The notes under the pieces: generated by a model
The model's database searches: none
What the model was told of the DNA's origin: nothing
The model's input: the letters and a program-made list of their open reading frames with translations, nothing else
From: Polynucleobacter hirudinilacicola
GTDB lineage: Bacteria > Pseudomonadota > Gammaproteobacteria > Burkholderiales > Burkholderiaceae
Length of the DNA stretch: 32,000 nt
Reading direction: 5' to 3'
Assembly: GCF_002192535.1 (NCBI RefSeq)
Contig: NZ_NAIA01000003.1
Coordinates: forward strand, 841,201 to 873,200
Shown: positions 1-9,010 of the stretch, one piece after another
How the letters are laid out: each line of letters opens with the position of its first letter
Numbering within the stretch: position 1 is the stretch's first letter
Made by a program: the position numbers and the translations under genes

Positions 1-727
1 TCATTCAATTTACAGAGATTCACTGAATCAGATATGTCTTCAATAGAAAGCTTATTGAAGTTTTTATATTCTGATTGCAAAGAATGAATCTGTTGCTGAA
101 TTTTCCATCTATAAAAACCTTCAAAAGAGTTTTTCTCTACCCAGACACCTGTCAGTAAATTTTGCCCCTCTGTCTTATCAAAAAAAGACTGAACCAGTCT
201 CTCTGATTGGATAGCTGAGTCAATTTCAGCTATAAATTCTTTATCAACCTGCCCTTTTTTTAAAACTATTAAAGGAACCTTGATGCTGGTGTAGTGCTTA
301 AGGAGCGAGTCTGGGGTGGCAAATATTGCTGCAACCTCGCAACCTACAAACTCCAAATGATGCCTAATTGATTTCACATTATGTTGTAGTGCTGATGGTT
401 CAGCAGTAAATATTGCATAACCACCTTCATTGAGATGCTTCAGTATTGAAAGAATAGCGTTGATACTGTAGCTAAGTCGTGGATTAGCATCTTGCAAAGA
501 GCCTGGGGTCATTCCAAAAGGGAAATCACCAAAAATAATATCCCAATGCCCTGTGGTTGGTAAAGCTTCAGTCTTGTAATGGGTAGTATCAAGCTTCTGG
601 CATTTCAAATTATTGAATAATTTATGCTCGCTGTGATTTATTTGCAAACAAGACTTTGCCCCAGACATCTCAATAAAAGTATTAGAGAAAGAAGTGATGA
701 TTTCTTTGTTAAAAGCAGATATTTCCA
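1..727 (-). CDS. Methyltransferase-fold protein (M.TaqI/Eco57I-like layout) with atypical DFPF motif IV; C-terminus off-window
   Basis: I translated the minus-strand frame by hand and it stays open from ATG 727..725 to the window edge (242+ codons). It is absent from the ORF track because its stop is off-window. A strong SD (AAGGAG) sits 8 nt upstream. The motifs DIIFGDFPFG (position of NPPY/F) and, about 35 aa later, LNEGGYAIFTAEPS (motif V/VI-like) fit a gamma-class N6-MTase fold. The C-terminal part (KLSIEDISDSVNL) resembles the start of a target-recognition domain. Confidence 0.55.
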
Positions 728-740
728 TACAATCAACTCC

Positions 741-920
741 TTAAAGAGTTTTAATGGCGCCATTCTTACCTTGTTTACCTTTATCGTTACACGCCTTGCA
801 ACGAAAGGAAATTGTTTGTTTGCCACTACTGCGTGAAATTCTTTTTACTTGCAATTCTGGTGGGGTCAAATTGCGACAGCTTGGACAAACTTTAGATTGT
901 TGAGAGGTTAAAGAGGTCAT
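741..920 (-). CDS. 59-aa zinc-ribbon protein (CPSC...CKAC)
   Basis: My hand translation is MTSLTSQQSKVCPSCRNLTPPELQVKRISRSSGKQTISFRCKACNDKGKQGKNGAIKTL. It is one residue below the apparent 60-aa cutoff of the ORF track. Its ATG lies 8 nt after the hsdR stop, and its stop lies 13 nt before the next gene's ATG, so it exactly fills the gap. There is no clear SD, so translational coupling would be needed. Confidence 0.5.
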   Translation of the reverse strand: MTSLTSQQSKVCPSCRNLTPPELQVKRISRSSGKQTISFRCKACNDKGKQGKNGAIKTL

Positions 921-928
921 GTCTTATT

Positions 929-3900
929 TTAAGCCACAGCACGCAGTCTTACTTCATTGATTGATGCAAATAGTTGCTGAACTTTGTCTGAGGAAAATAT
1001 TCCTTCTGGTCCAGTGGGAGCCATATCTACAAATGGGCTTTGATATAAACGCCCATCTTCCATTGCGCCATTCTTGGTCAGCTCGTCCACAATCAAGTTC
1101 ACAAACTCAATCTGCCTATTTGTTGCTGTGGAATCAGTCAAAAACACATTCATAGCTTCTGTTGCAGCTGCCTTATCCAATCCCACCAATGAGCGCACAA
1201 AAAGTCCTAGTCCATGCGCCTCTTGTTTGGCCTTGTCTATCAAATTGCTATCACCACCAGCTTGCTCAAGCAAAATAATCTCCAATTCAGCCAAATCTGT
1301 AGCTGTGATTGGCAAATTACGACGCAATTTGTTGATGGCTAACTTGCTTTCATGTTGGCGTAAGAACTCTCTAGATTTGGCCTTGAATCGTTCATAGTCT
1401 AGGCCACCCACCTTGATAGGCAAGTCAATCTCAACACCTTCACCAATGGTGTCACCAAAGTTGGTAAACACAATGCTGCGCTTGGCTCTTTCAATCAGCT
1501 TGACCAAACCTCGTAATTGGATACGCACATGCTCTAACATGCCTACTGTGACATCAGTCCACCAGTCATCACTATTAAGGGATTGAATTAACTCCATCTT
1601 CGCTCTAATAGCTGGAATACTTTCTTGCAACTCCAATGCTGTAGCAATTGCTCTTACATAGCTTTGTAAACGCTCAAAGCCTTTGTCTCCACGCAATACA
1701 CAGAGCTGTAATTTAATAATTGCCAAATCAAAGCGTTTGGCCTCTTCTTCTGAGTCAATTTTCTGTGAAGGCAAGTTAGCCAACTCAGTGGCTGCCTCTG
1801 CAGCATCAACAGTAGTCATGGATTGCCAACTGGATGCATTACTGAACTTTTCTACAAACTTGCGCTTGGGACGCACAACAATATTGTCCATGGTCATATT
1901 GGCTACTAACTCATGCAAGTAAGCAGCTGAATACTCTCGTAGGTCTTGCTCGTCTTTGGTATTGGTATCTTTTCTTGCATCAAGCGTGGTCAGCACTTCA
2001 ATACGATTTTTGAAAAGCTGAGAATCCAAGCTATCACTGCTAGAGCCATCACTGGCTTCTGGGTTTTCTTTGAAATACTCTAGATTCTGGCAATAGTCCA
2101 AGATGTAGAAAAACTTTTTATCTTCATTGGGCGCAAACAAGTCTTTACAAAGCCTTGTGCCTCTACCAATCATCTGCCAAAACTTGGTTTTACTGCGCAC
2201 ACGCTTGAAAAATACGAGATTGACTACCTCTGGCACATCAATACCAGTGTCAAGCATGTCTACGCTGATGGCAATGTGTGGTGCCTTGTCTTTATTAGAA
2301 AAATCATCAATTAAACTTTGTGCATACTCAGTCTGATAGGTGATAACTCTAGCCATCTCTCCCTTGTATTGGGGATAGTTGATATTGAAACGCTCTGCTA
2401 TGAATTGGGCGTGTAAGTTATTTTTGGCAAATACGATTGTTTTACCAATTCTGTCACCACTGGCAACCTTTTGACCTTTGGTCATCATGTGCTGAATAAT
2501 TTGGTCTACAGTGTCTTGATTGAATAGCCACTGGTTCATAGCAGCTGGGTCTACCTCATCTGGTGGACCATCCTCACCCCACTCCAATTCATCCCACTGC
2601 TGTCTTTCATCTTCACTCAGCTCGTCATATCTAATGCCATCACGAGGAAAATGCACTGGCACTGAAATAGCCCTAGGTGGCACAAGATAACCAGCAGTGA
2701 TTGCGTCATCTAGGCTATAGGCATAGGTTGGCACACCATTTTGCATCTGAAATAGGTTGTAGGTATTTCTGTCTACTTCATCTTTAGGGGTAGCAGTTAA
2801 GCCAACCAAGTAGCTGTCAAAGTAATTAAAAATCGCGCCATATTTGCTGTAGATACTACGATGTGCCTCATCCACAATAATCAAATCAAAAAAGCCAATG
2901 CCAAACTTTTTAACAGTGGTGTCTGTATTGTTGATTTGATTGAGCATGGTTTGATAAGTGCTGACATAGACCCTACCTTGTGCGTCAGTGCTATTGAGTA
3001 GATTTATCACTGGCACATTGGGCAAATGCTTGCCAAACTCTCTGCTGGCTTGTTTGACTAGGGAAACCCTATCTGCCAAAAACAACACACGCTTAACCCA
3101 ACCAGCACGCATGAGTAAGTCAACCAAAGCAATCACAGTCCTAGTCTTGCCACTACCAGTGGCCATGACCACCAAACTACGTCTTTGATTGTGCTGCTCA
3201 ATAGCCTCTGTAATGCTGCGTATGGCTTGGTGTTGATAACTACGCTCAACAATAGCGTTATCAATCTCTAACTTGGCAAGGCCTTGACGACTTGAACGAC
3301 GCTGCATGAGCAATTCAAGTTCATCCTTTTTATGAAAACCTTCTACTGGTCTTGGTGCTGAAGAAGCATCGTCCCAAAACCAATGCTCATAGCCATTGGT
3401 GTAATAGATAACTGGACGACGACCAAACTTGGTCTCTAAGCAATCTGCATAAAGCTTGGCTTGTTGCTGACCTACTCTGGCATCTCTTCTGGTCTTTTTG
3501 GCCTCCACTACTGCTAATGGCTTGCCATCATCACCCCACAACACATAATCAACAAAGCCTATGCCTTGATTGTTGGGCATGCCAGCTACTTCATATTCCC
3601 TATCTTCAGTTTTATCTAATGCCCAGCCAGCTTCATTTAGCAGTAAGTCAATAAAGTAGTCACGAGTCTGTTCTTCGTTATAGTTGTGTGTATCTGGTGT
3701 TTGTAGATTAGCAGCCTTGGCCTTGGCAAACTCAACACGCAAAGCTTCAAGCTCTTGCTTGAGTGCATCTTTTTCTGTTTGCTCTTGCCTTAGCTTATCT
3801 TCAAAGCTGCGCAACTGTTCAGCACTAATTGTGTCTTGCTTTTTAGCTACTGGAATTAGTTTTTCATCAAACTGCAAACTAGGGTCTGGTCTTGCCTTAT

Positions 3901-4267
3901 CTCCATAAGTTCTAGCCAACCAATACGCAACATGAAATAACTCTTGAATGGCTGTATAGGCCTCTGCTTGCTTGGCAGCTTTGCCATGTGCAGCACGATT
4001 GCCAATAGACATAATGACAGTGGCTTTGGTGAAGATATTTTCACCAGCATTGGAACGAAAGCATGGGTCATGCACTCTAGCACCTAGACTAGGCTCATAA
4101 CTTTTGTAATTGAGGTCATACCTATATAGCCAATCCACAATTTGCTCTAAGGTCATGCGTGCATACCAGCAAGCAGCACGAGTATCTGAATTTAAATAAC
4201 CCTCTGCCTTGGTTGCACTATCACAGATAGAAAACCACTCTTTTTGAAGGAAGGCAAAATTACTCAT
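929..4267 (-). CDS. hsdR: Type I restriction enzyme R subunit (DUF4145-like N-terminus, PD-(D/E)xK nuclease, SF2 helicase)
   Basis: 1112 aa. Nuclease motif FVDYVLWGDDGKPLAVVEAKK. Helicase motif I VMATGSGKT and motif II IIVDEAH. Sits immediately after hsdS (TAAATG junction). Confidence 0.95.
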   Translation of the reverse strand: MSNFAFLQKEWFSICDSATKAEGYLNSDTRAACWYARMTLEQIVDWLYRYDLNYKSYEPSLGARVHDPCFRSNAGENIFTKATVIMSIGNRAAHGKAAKQAEAYTAIQELFHVAYWLARTYGDKARPDPSLQFDEKLIPVAKKQDTISAEQLRSFEDKLRQEQTEKDALKQELEALRVEFAKAKAANLQTPDTHNYNEEQTRDYFIDLLLNEAGWALDKTEDREYEVAGMPNNQGIGFVDYVLWGDDGKPLAVVEAKKTRRDARVGQQQAKLYADCLETKFGRRPVIYYTNGYEHWFWDDASSAPRPVEGFHKKDELELLMQRRSSRQGLAKLEIDNAIVERSYQHQAIRSITEAIEQHNQRRSLVVMATGSGKTRTVIALVDLLMRAGWVKRVLFLADRVSLVKQASREFGKHLPNVPVINLLNSTDAQGRVYVSTYQTMLNQINNTDTTVKKFGIGFFDLIIVDEAHRSIYSKYGAIFNYFDSYLVGLTATPKDEVDRNTYNLFQMQNGVPTYAYSLDDAITAGYLVPPRAISVPVHFPRDGIRYDELSEDERQQWDELEWGEDGPPDEVDPAAMNQWLFNQDTVDQIIQHMMTKGQKVASGDRIGKTIVFAKNNLHAQFIAERFNINYPQYKGEMARVITYQTEYAQSLIDDFSNKDKAPHIAISVDMLDTGIDVPEVVNLVFFKRVRSKTKFWQMIGRGTRLCKDLFAPNEDKKFFYILDYCQNLEYFKENPEASDGSSSDSLDSQLFKNRIEVLTTLDARKDTNTKDEQDLREYSAAYLHELVANMTMDNIVVRPKRKFVEKFSNASSWQSMTTVDAAEAATELANLPSQKIDSEEEAKRFDLAIIKLQLCVLRGDKGFERLQSYVRAIATALELQESIPAIRAKMELIQSLNSDDWWTDVTVGMLEHVRIQLRGLVKLIERAKRSIVFTNFGDTIGEGVEIDLPIKVGGLDYERFKAKSREFLRQHESKLAINKLRRNLPITATDLAELEIILLEQAGGDSNLIDKAKQEAHGLGLFVRSLVGLDKAAATEAMNVFLTDSTATNRQIEFVNLIVDELTKNGAMEDGRLYQSPFVDMAPTGPEGIFSSDKVQQLFASINEVRLRAVA

Positions 4268-5422
4268 TTAATCGTTGGCTAGTAATGAGGATTGAAAGCT
4301 TAATAGAAGTTCGTGCAATTTAAATCGTGAGTTATCTAAAGACTTTTGAGTTTGAATAACATTATTAGAAATCTTAGCAAACTTATGCAATTGTTCATTG
4401 CTTGGCATATAAATAGGGAAATCTCTTATATTTCCTAGACTAAGAAATTTTTGAGTTCCTCCTTTACTTTCTTTCGCCACATATCTTTCAAAGTATTTTG
4501 TTTCAAGCAATGCTTTTACATACAATGAGGCTTCTAAATTTCCAGTTTTGATTAGGGCTACATTTTTAATTGCAAACTTAGGGGTTTTTTCATAAATGAC
4601 AATTGGGTTGCCTATTGTTCCAATCATTGGCATCAAAATATCGCAATATTCAACCTTTGAGCGCTTATTAATTGCTTCAAAATCTTGCGAACTTATAAAA
4701 TTAGCATTTTCAAAATTAATTTTATTATTATTCAAATTCTTTGATGTAATTAAAGGGTAACCCTCAGATTGAAACTTAGGGGAATCATGAGTTCCATCCC
4801 TAACATCAAAAGCATTTCCAAGTGAAGTATTTGGCCTTTCAAGCAAATGCGCAAACATGTCAGAAAATACTTCTTTAGATAGCTTATTCAACATCTCACT
4901 TGCACATTCACGCTTTTGCCTAATTTCCTCAGCTTTACCTAGAATAGTTGCAATGCGCTGCTGTTCTGCAATTGGTGGAAGTGGAATTTCAATTAGCTCA
5001 ATTTGTTTACTGGAAACATTTATTTGGGCTGCGCCATATCCACAGCTTTCAATTTTTATTCTTGTTTTATCATTATTTAAAAACCAAAAAAGATAGTTTT
5101 TATCAATTTCTTTAGAATTTATTTTTAATCTAGCTACACGCTGGTTTAATGCAGCTGGAAGATTGTTTCCCTTAACAATTCCAACTCGCCCAACATTGCC
5201 CGTTAATGACATCAGAATGTCGCCTTCATTCAAAATAAATTGCCTTAATTTTGAATTTATTTGAATAGATACATACTTAGGATTGTTGTTTGAAATGTAT
5301 CCTTTTTGCACATTAGTAATCCTCATTAGGAAATGGCCACTCTCAGCATATTCTGAACTTTTGAATGCGCCTCCATTCTGAACTTCAACGAGCTCGCCAA
5401 GTTTGGCTATTGGCCAGCTCAT
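4268..5422 (-). CDS. hsdS: Type I R-M specificity subunit, two TRDs
   Basis: 384 aa. Two variable halves are separated by a conserved helical spacer (LPPIAEQQRIATILGKAEEIRQKR), with a similar C-terminal helix. ATGA overlap with hsdM. The most A+T-rich gene of the operon. Confidence 0.9.
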   Translation of the reverse strand: MSWPIAKLGELVEVQNGGAFKSSEYAESGHFLMRITNVQKGYISNNNPKYVSIQINSKLRQFILNEGDILMSLTGNVGRVGIVKGNNLPAALNQRVARLKINSKEIDKNYLFWFLNNDKTRIKIESCGYGAAQINVSSKQIELIEIPLPPIAEQQRIATILGKAEEIRQKRECASEMLNKLSKEVFSDMFAHLLERPNTSLGNAFDVRDGTHDSPKFQSEGYPLITSKNLNNNKINFENANFISSQDFEAINKRSKVEYCDILMPMIGTIGNPIVIYEKTPKFAIKNVALIKTGNLEASLYVKALLETKYFERYVAKESKGGTQKFLSLGNIRDFPIYMPSNEQLHKFAKISNNVIQTQKSLDNSRFKLHELLLSFQSSLLAND

Positions 5423-6957
5423 TTGAGCATACCCTCTAGCTCAATCAATCCAACCTCTATTTCTGCCTCAAGTCTTTTAAGCTCAGCAATCAACTGTAAT
5501 GGGGGCAGATGCTCAATATGCTCGTGCACAACTTCTTTATATCTATTTAAACTTAAGTCATAGCCATTCACAACTAAATCAGCTTTATCAACTGCAAAAC
5601 TTTGTGCAGTTTTAGGATTTTTTCGCTCAGCCCCTTCACGCTGTTGCCACCTCACTAGAATATCTGGCAAGTTGTTCTTAACATGCTCCTCTGCTGTTAA
5701 CTTTTCGTTTGGCCTTACGCCAAGCTTTTTAGGGTCAAGTAATGGTCTGCGTTGGTCATCCAAACTCCAACCATCTGCCAGCATGTCATAGAACCAGACT
5801 GAGTCTGTGCCACCACTATTAGTCTTAGTAAAAATTAAGATGGCTGTGCTGACACCAGCGTAGGGCTTGAAAACACCACTGGGTAATGAAATCACGGCTT
5901 CAAGTTTTTGCTCCTCAACTAACATGCGCCTAATTTCTTTGTGCGCCTTACTGTTTCCAAACAGCACTCCATCTGGAACGACTACAGCAGCACGACCACC
6001 AGGTTTTAATAACTTCAAAAACAAAGCCATGAACAGCAACTCTGTTTTCTTAGTATTAACTACTGCCAATAAATCTTTTGCAGCATTCTCAATATTGATG
6101 CTGCCAGCAAATGGTGGATTAGCCAGAATCAAGCTGTATTTTTCTTCCTCAACTGCGTAGTCTTGACTAAGTGAATCACGATAGGTGATTACTGGATTCT
6201 CAACACCATGCAACAACATATTCATACTACCAATACGCAACATGGTGTTATCAAAATCATAGCCATGAAACATTGTGCTATGAAAGTGTTCACGACTTTT
6301 TGCATCAGTGAGTATTTCTGGATGCGTTTCACGCAAGTATTCACTGGCATTGACCAAGAAGCCACAAGTTCCACTGGCTGGGTCACAGATGGTGTCCTTG
6401 GCTGTTGGAGCTGTCAACTCCACCATCAATCTAATAATGTGTCTTGGCGTTCTAAATTGTCCATTCTGTCCAGCACTGGCCAACTTGCCCAACATGTATT
6501 CATATAAATCACCCTTGGTATCTCTATCCTCCATAGGGATTTGGTCAAGCAACTCAATGGCTGTTGTCAGTAGCAAAGGTGTAGGGATAGTAAAACGAGC
6601 CCCTTGCATCTGCTTGCTGTAAGTGCTGCCATCACCACCAATATCCCTCAAGAATGGAAACACATGGTCATTGACCACATTAAACATGTCTTGTGGTGAC
6701 ATGTTCTTGAGTCTGCTCCAACGCATGTCTTCATATTTGCAGCTCTTGCTATCTGACCCTTCTGGAAAAAATCGTTTTTCCATGGGCTTGCCTAGTCTGG
6801 CACTTTTGTTTTCTTCTAAGGTTTGCAAGTCATCTAATCTGCGTAAAAACAACAAATAGGTAATCTGCTCAATGATTTCTAGTGGATTGGAAATGCCACC
6901 AGACCAAAAGCTATCCCAAACCTTATCAACTTGACTCTTTAATTCACCAGTTAGCAT
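5419..6957 (-). CDS. hsdM: Type I R-M N6-adenine DNA methyltransferase subunit
   Basis: 512 aa. HsdM N-terminal domain (ITYLLFLRRLDD), motif I DPASGTCGF, motif IV LILANPPFAGS. Confidence 0.95.
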   Translation of the reverse strand: MLTGELKSQVDKVWDSFWSGGISNPLEIIEQITYLLFLRRLDDLQTLEENKSARLGKPMEKRFFPEGSDSKSCKYEDMRWSRLKNMSPQDMFNVVNDHVFPFLRDIGGDGSTYSKQMQGARFTIPTPLLLTTAIELLDQIPMEDRDTKGDLYEYMLGKLASAGQNGQFRTPRHIIRLMVELTAPTAKDTICDPASGTCGFLVNASEYLRETHPEILTDAKSREHFHSTMFHGYDFDNTMLRIGSMNMLLHGVENPVITYRDSLSQDYAVEEEKYSLILANPPFAGSINIENAAKDLLAVVNTKKTELLFMALFLKLLKPGGRAAVVVPDGVLFGNSKAHKEIRRMLVEEQKLEAVISLPSGVFKPYAGVSTAILIFTKTNSGGTDSVWFYDMLADGWSLDDQRRPLLDPKKLGVRPNEKLTAEEHVKNNLPDILVRWQQREGAERKNPKTAQSFAVDKADLVVNGYDLSLNRYKEVVHEHIEHLPPLQLIAELKRLEAEIEVGLIELEGMLK

Positions 6958-6971
6958 CTTTTTCTTTTCTT

Positions 6972-7742
6972 CTAATTTATTTTGCTTGGAAATTCGTTTG
7001 TTGCTGCAGCTTTTATAAAATCCTCTGCCCTATCAAAATGTCTTATCGCAATTGCAGTAAGAGCATTTCTAACTGCAATTTTGTCGTATGAGTGCTTTCC
7101 CTGATTCATTCTTACTGCAATTGGTAAATTTGCCATTAATGCAATATCTGCCCAAGGTATCTTCTTTTTACCCTGTGACACACCTAAATCTGACTGTTTT
7201 TTAAGCATATAGATATTGTAAGCAGCTTCAAAGGCAATAATGCTCCATTTCCTACCCAGCCTATATGGCGCATCAGATGGCCTTATAGGCTGACCTTTTG
7301 GAGCCTTAGGCACCAATTTGTCTATTAATTGGGAAACCCTTCTCTTAATACCTACATTTGTCCAATGCAATGGCACAACCAAATTAATAACGTCTTTGCT
7401 ATCAAAAGGGGCTAATTCTTCATTATTACTAGCAATGATTAAGCTGTAGTCAGTCTCTGGCTCAGTGAATAGATGACTGTGTGTTTTCCACCAAGATTTG
7501 AAATCAGTCTTATCAACCTTTCCAAAATCCTCAACAACTTGCTTTGAGACTTTAGTCCTTTGCTTTCTGACTGACTTTGCATATTCCTCATTTAATTGTA
7601 GGAACTTGAACCACCAATAAAAAGGGCTGCTGGTAACTGTTTTAGGAGGATTTTTTTCGTTGTAAACACCAGTACCAAAAACAGGGTATTTACGTGTCGC
7701 AAAAGAACGAGAAGATTTGGCTTTTTTAGTTGATATAGACAT
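6972..7742 (-). CDS. Hypothetical 256-aa protein, first gene of the hsd operon
   Basis: Long ORF on the same strand, ending 14 nt before the hsdM start. Basic N-terminus, Trp-rich segment SPFYWWFKFLQLNEEY, and a possible C-terminal HTH (IPWADIALMANLPIAV). I recognise no family. Confidence 0.65.
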   Translation of the reverse strand: MSISTKKAKSSRSFATRKYPVFGTGVYNEKNPPKTVTSSPFYWWFKFLQLNEEYAKSVRKQRTKVSKQVVEDFGKVDKTDFKSWWKTHSHLFTEPETDYSLIIASNNEELAPFDSKDVINLVVPLHWTNVGIKRRVSQLIDKLVPKAPKGQPIRPSDAPYRLGRKWSIIAFEAAYNIYMLKKQSDLGVSQGKKKIPWADIALMANLPIAVRMNQGKHSYDKIAVRNALTAIAIRHFDRAEDFIKAAATNEFPSKIN

Positions 7743-7845
7743 ATAAAAATACTAGCACTTTGATTATTTTACAAACTACCATTTGTCACAAAAATACCAT
7801 CCATTTTATAATGTATTCATTAGCTAGTAGAAAAAAGGATACGAA

Positions 7846-8625
7846 ATGAACTACAAAAATACATTTGCAGCAGACTTTGAGCGTCTAGATAAAAATTATC
7901 TACAACCTGATGCGTTCATACGAAAAATGGCCAAAAATAGTGACAGCTGTCGCGCTTTGATACTACAAGGCCCACCTGGGGTAGGCAAAACTTACTCAGT
8001 AGAGCAAGCACTTAAGAAGCATGCTGCAGGTCGTTATGAGCTACTTAATGGCAAGGTAAGCAATTTGAGCCTTTATGGAAGCTTATATCGCGCTTCTAGC
8101 AATGGACACATCTTATTTTTAGATGATTGCGATACATTTTTGGGTGACGTTACAGGTGTCAATATTCTTAAAGCAGCAATGGACACCAAGCCAAATCGTG
8201 AGATTCATTGGGAATCAGGCACACATTTACTTAAAGCTATGGGCGTGCCAAATGGATTTAAATTTAATGGCAGCGTAATTCTAAATACAAATATTGGTTA
8301 CGACAATAAGAATGAGAAGTATCTATCACGCTTGAGCGCACTTCACGATCGCGCTCTAACAATAACCATTAGTGATACTGATCCAGATCGTCTCTTTAAA
8401 CAGGTCTGTTATATGGTTTTAGTTCAGGACATGCTAACTGAATTCAAATTTAGCAATAAAGAAAAAAATATGCTTTTAGAGTGGATTGATAACAATCGTG
8501 AATTCATAAATCGTATAAGTTTGCGCACAATTATCAAATTGAGCAAACTTTACTCAGCAGATAAAAAAGATTGGCAAGATATGGCTGAACAAGGTCTTTT
8601 ATCAGGAGTTGGCTATGCTGAATAA
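7846..8625 (+). CDS. AAA+ ATPase, DnaC/IstB-like minimal P-loop protein
   Basis: Walker A LILQGPPGVGKTYS, Walker B ILFLDDCD, sensor-1-like VILNTN, and an Arg in LSALHDRAL. SD AAGGA upstream of the ATG. Divergent from orf256. Confidence 0.8.
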   Translation: MNYKNTFAADFERLDKNYLQPDAFIRKMAKNSDSCRALILQGPPGVGKTYSVEQALKKHAAGRYELLNGKVSNLSLYGSLYRASSNGHILFLDDCDTFLGDVTGVNILKAAMDTKPNREIHWESGTHLLKAMGVPNGFKFNGSVILNTNIGYDNKNEKYLSRLSALHDRALTITISDTDPDRLFKQVCYMVLVQDMLTEFKFSNKEKNMLLEWIDNNREFINRISLRTIIKLSKLYSADKKDWQDMAEQGLLSGVGYAE

Positions 8626-9010
8626 AGTGAAACTTGCTAATGGCACTGAAGTTGATTGGGAGGAGTTTTCTAAATGGGGCGCAATAAAACAACACATGTC
8701 TGTGATTGGTTGTCGTGGCACAAAAGGCTTCAGGCATAGTGAAAAAACAAGAAAATTAATCAGTGATATTAAGAAAAAACAAGTCGTTAGTGCTGAGCAA
8801 CGAGCTCATCTAAGCAAGGTAATGAAAGGAAAGTATAAAAATTGCAAAAAGAATCTGCCAATACATACTCCAAATGGATTATTTCCAAATAGGATTACGC
8901 TTTATGCAAGAATGGTGGAGGATGGTTTTGCATCAAAAAATTATGCTGCCCAAAAAATTAGGCAATGGATGAAAGAATATCCAAATGACTACTATTTGAT
9001 CTCAGGCTAA
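8615..9010 (+). CDS. NUMOD3-repeat DNA-binding protein without a nuclease domain
   Basis: GFRHSEKTRKLISDIKKK and VSAEQRAHLSKVMKGK look like two NUMOD3 motifs, as found in GIY-YIG/HNH homing endonucleases. The IHTPNGLF...AAQKIRQW tail resembles their C-terminal DNA-binding module. I prefer ATG 8615 (AGGAG 6 nt upstream) over the track's TTG 8609. Overlaps the ATPase gene by 11 nt. Confidence 0.6.
   Translation: MLNKVKLANGTEVDWEEFSKWGAIKQHMSVIGCRGTKGFRHSEKTRKLISDIKKKQVVSAEQRAHLSKVMKGKYKNCKKNLPIHTPNGLFPNRITLYARMVEDGFASKNYAAQKIRQWMKEYPNDYYLISG

Noticed and set aside
624-836. Track ORFs 624..836 (+) and 638..826 (-)
   Set aside because: Both straddle the junction of two better-supported minus-strand genes, 741..920 and <1..727 (the latter has a strong AAGGAG SD). 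Their translations are low-complexity and lack start signals.
961-4083. Multiple 60-110-aa ORFs inside or antisense to hsdR (961..1155, 1074..1397, 1683..1922, 2127..2336, 2988..3188, 3684..3908, 3856..4083)
   Set aside because: They lie entirely within the 1112-aa hsdR reading frame region. Their Ser/Cys/Leu-rich composition is typical of off-frame translation.
4857-6859. Antisense ORFs within hsdS and hsdM (4857..5096, 5867..6160, 6208..6507, 6308..6622, 6623..6859) and 6882..7091
   Set aside because: They overlap genes with clear catalytic motifs on the other strand and have no independent signals.
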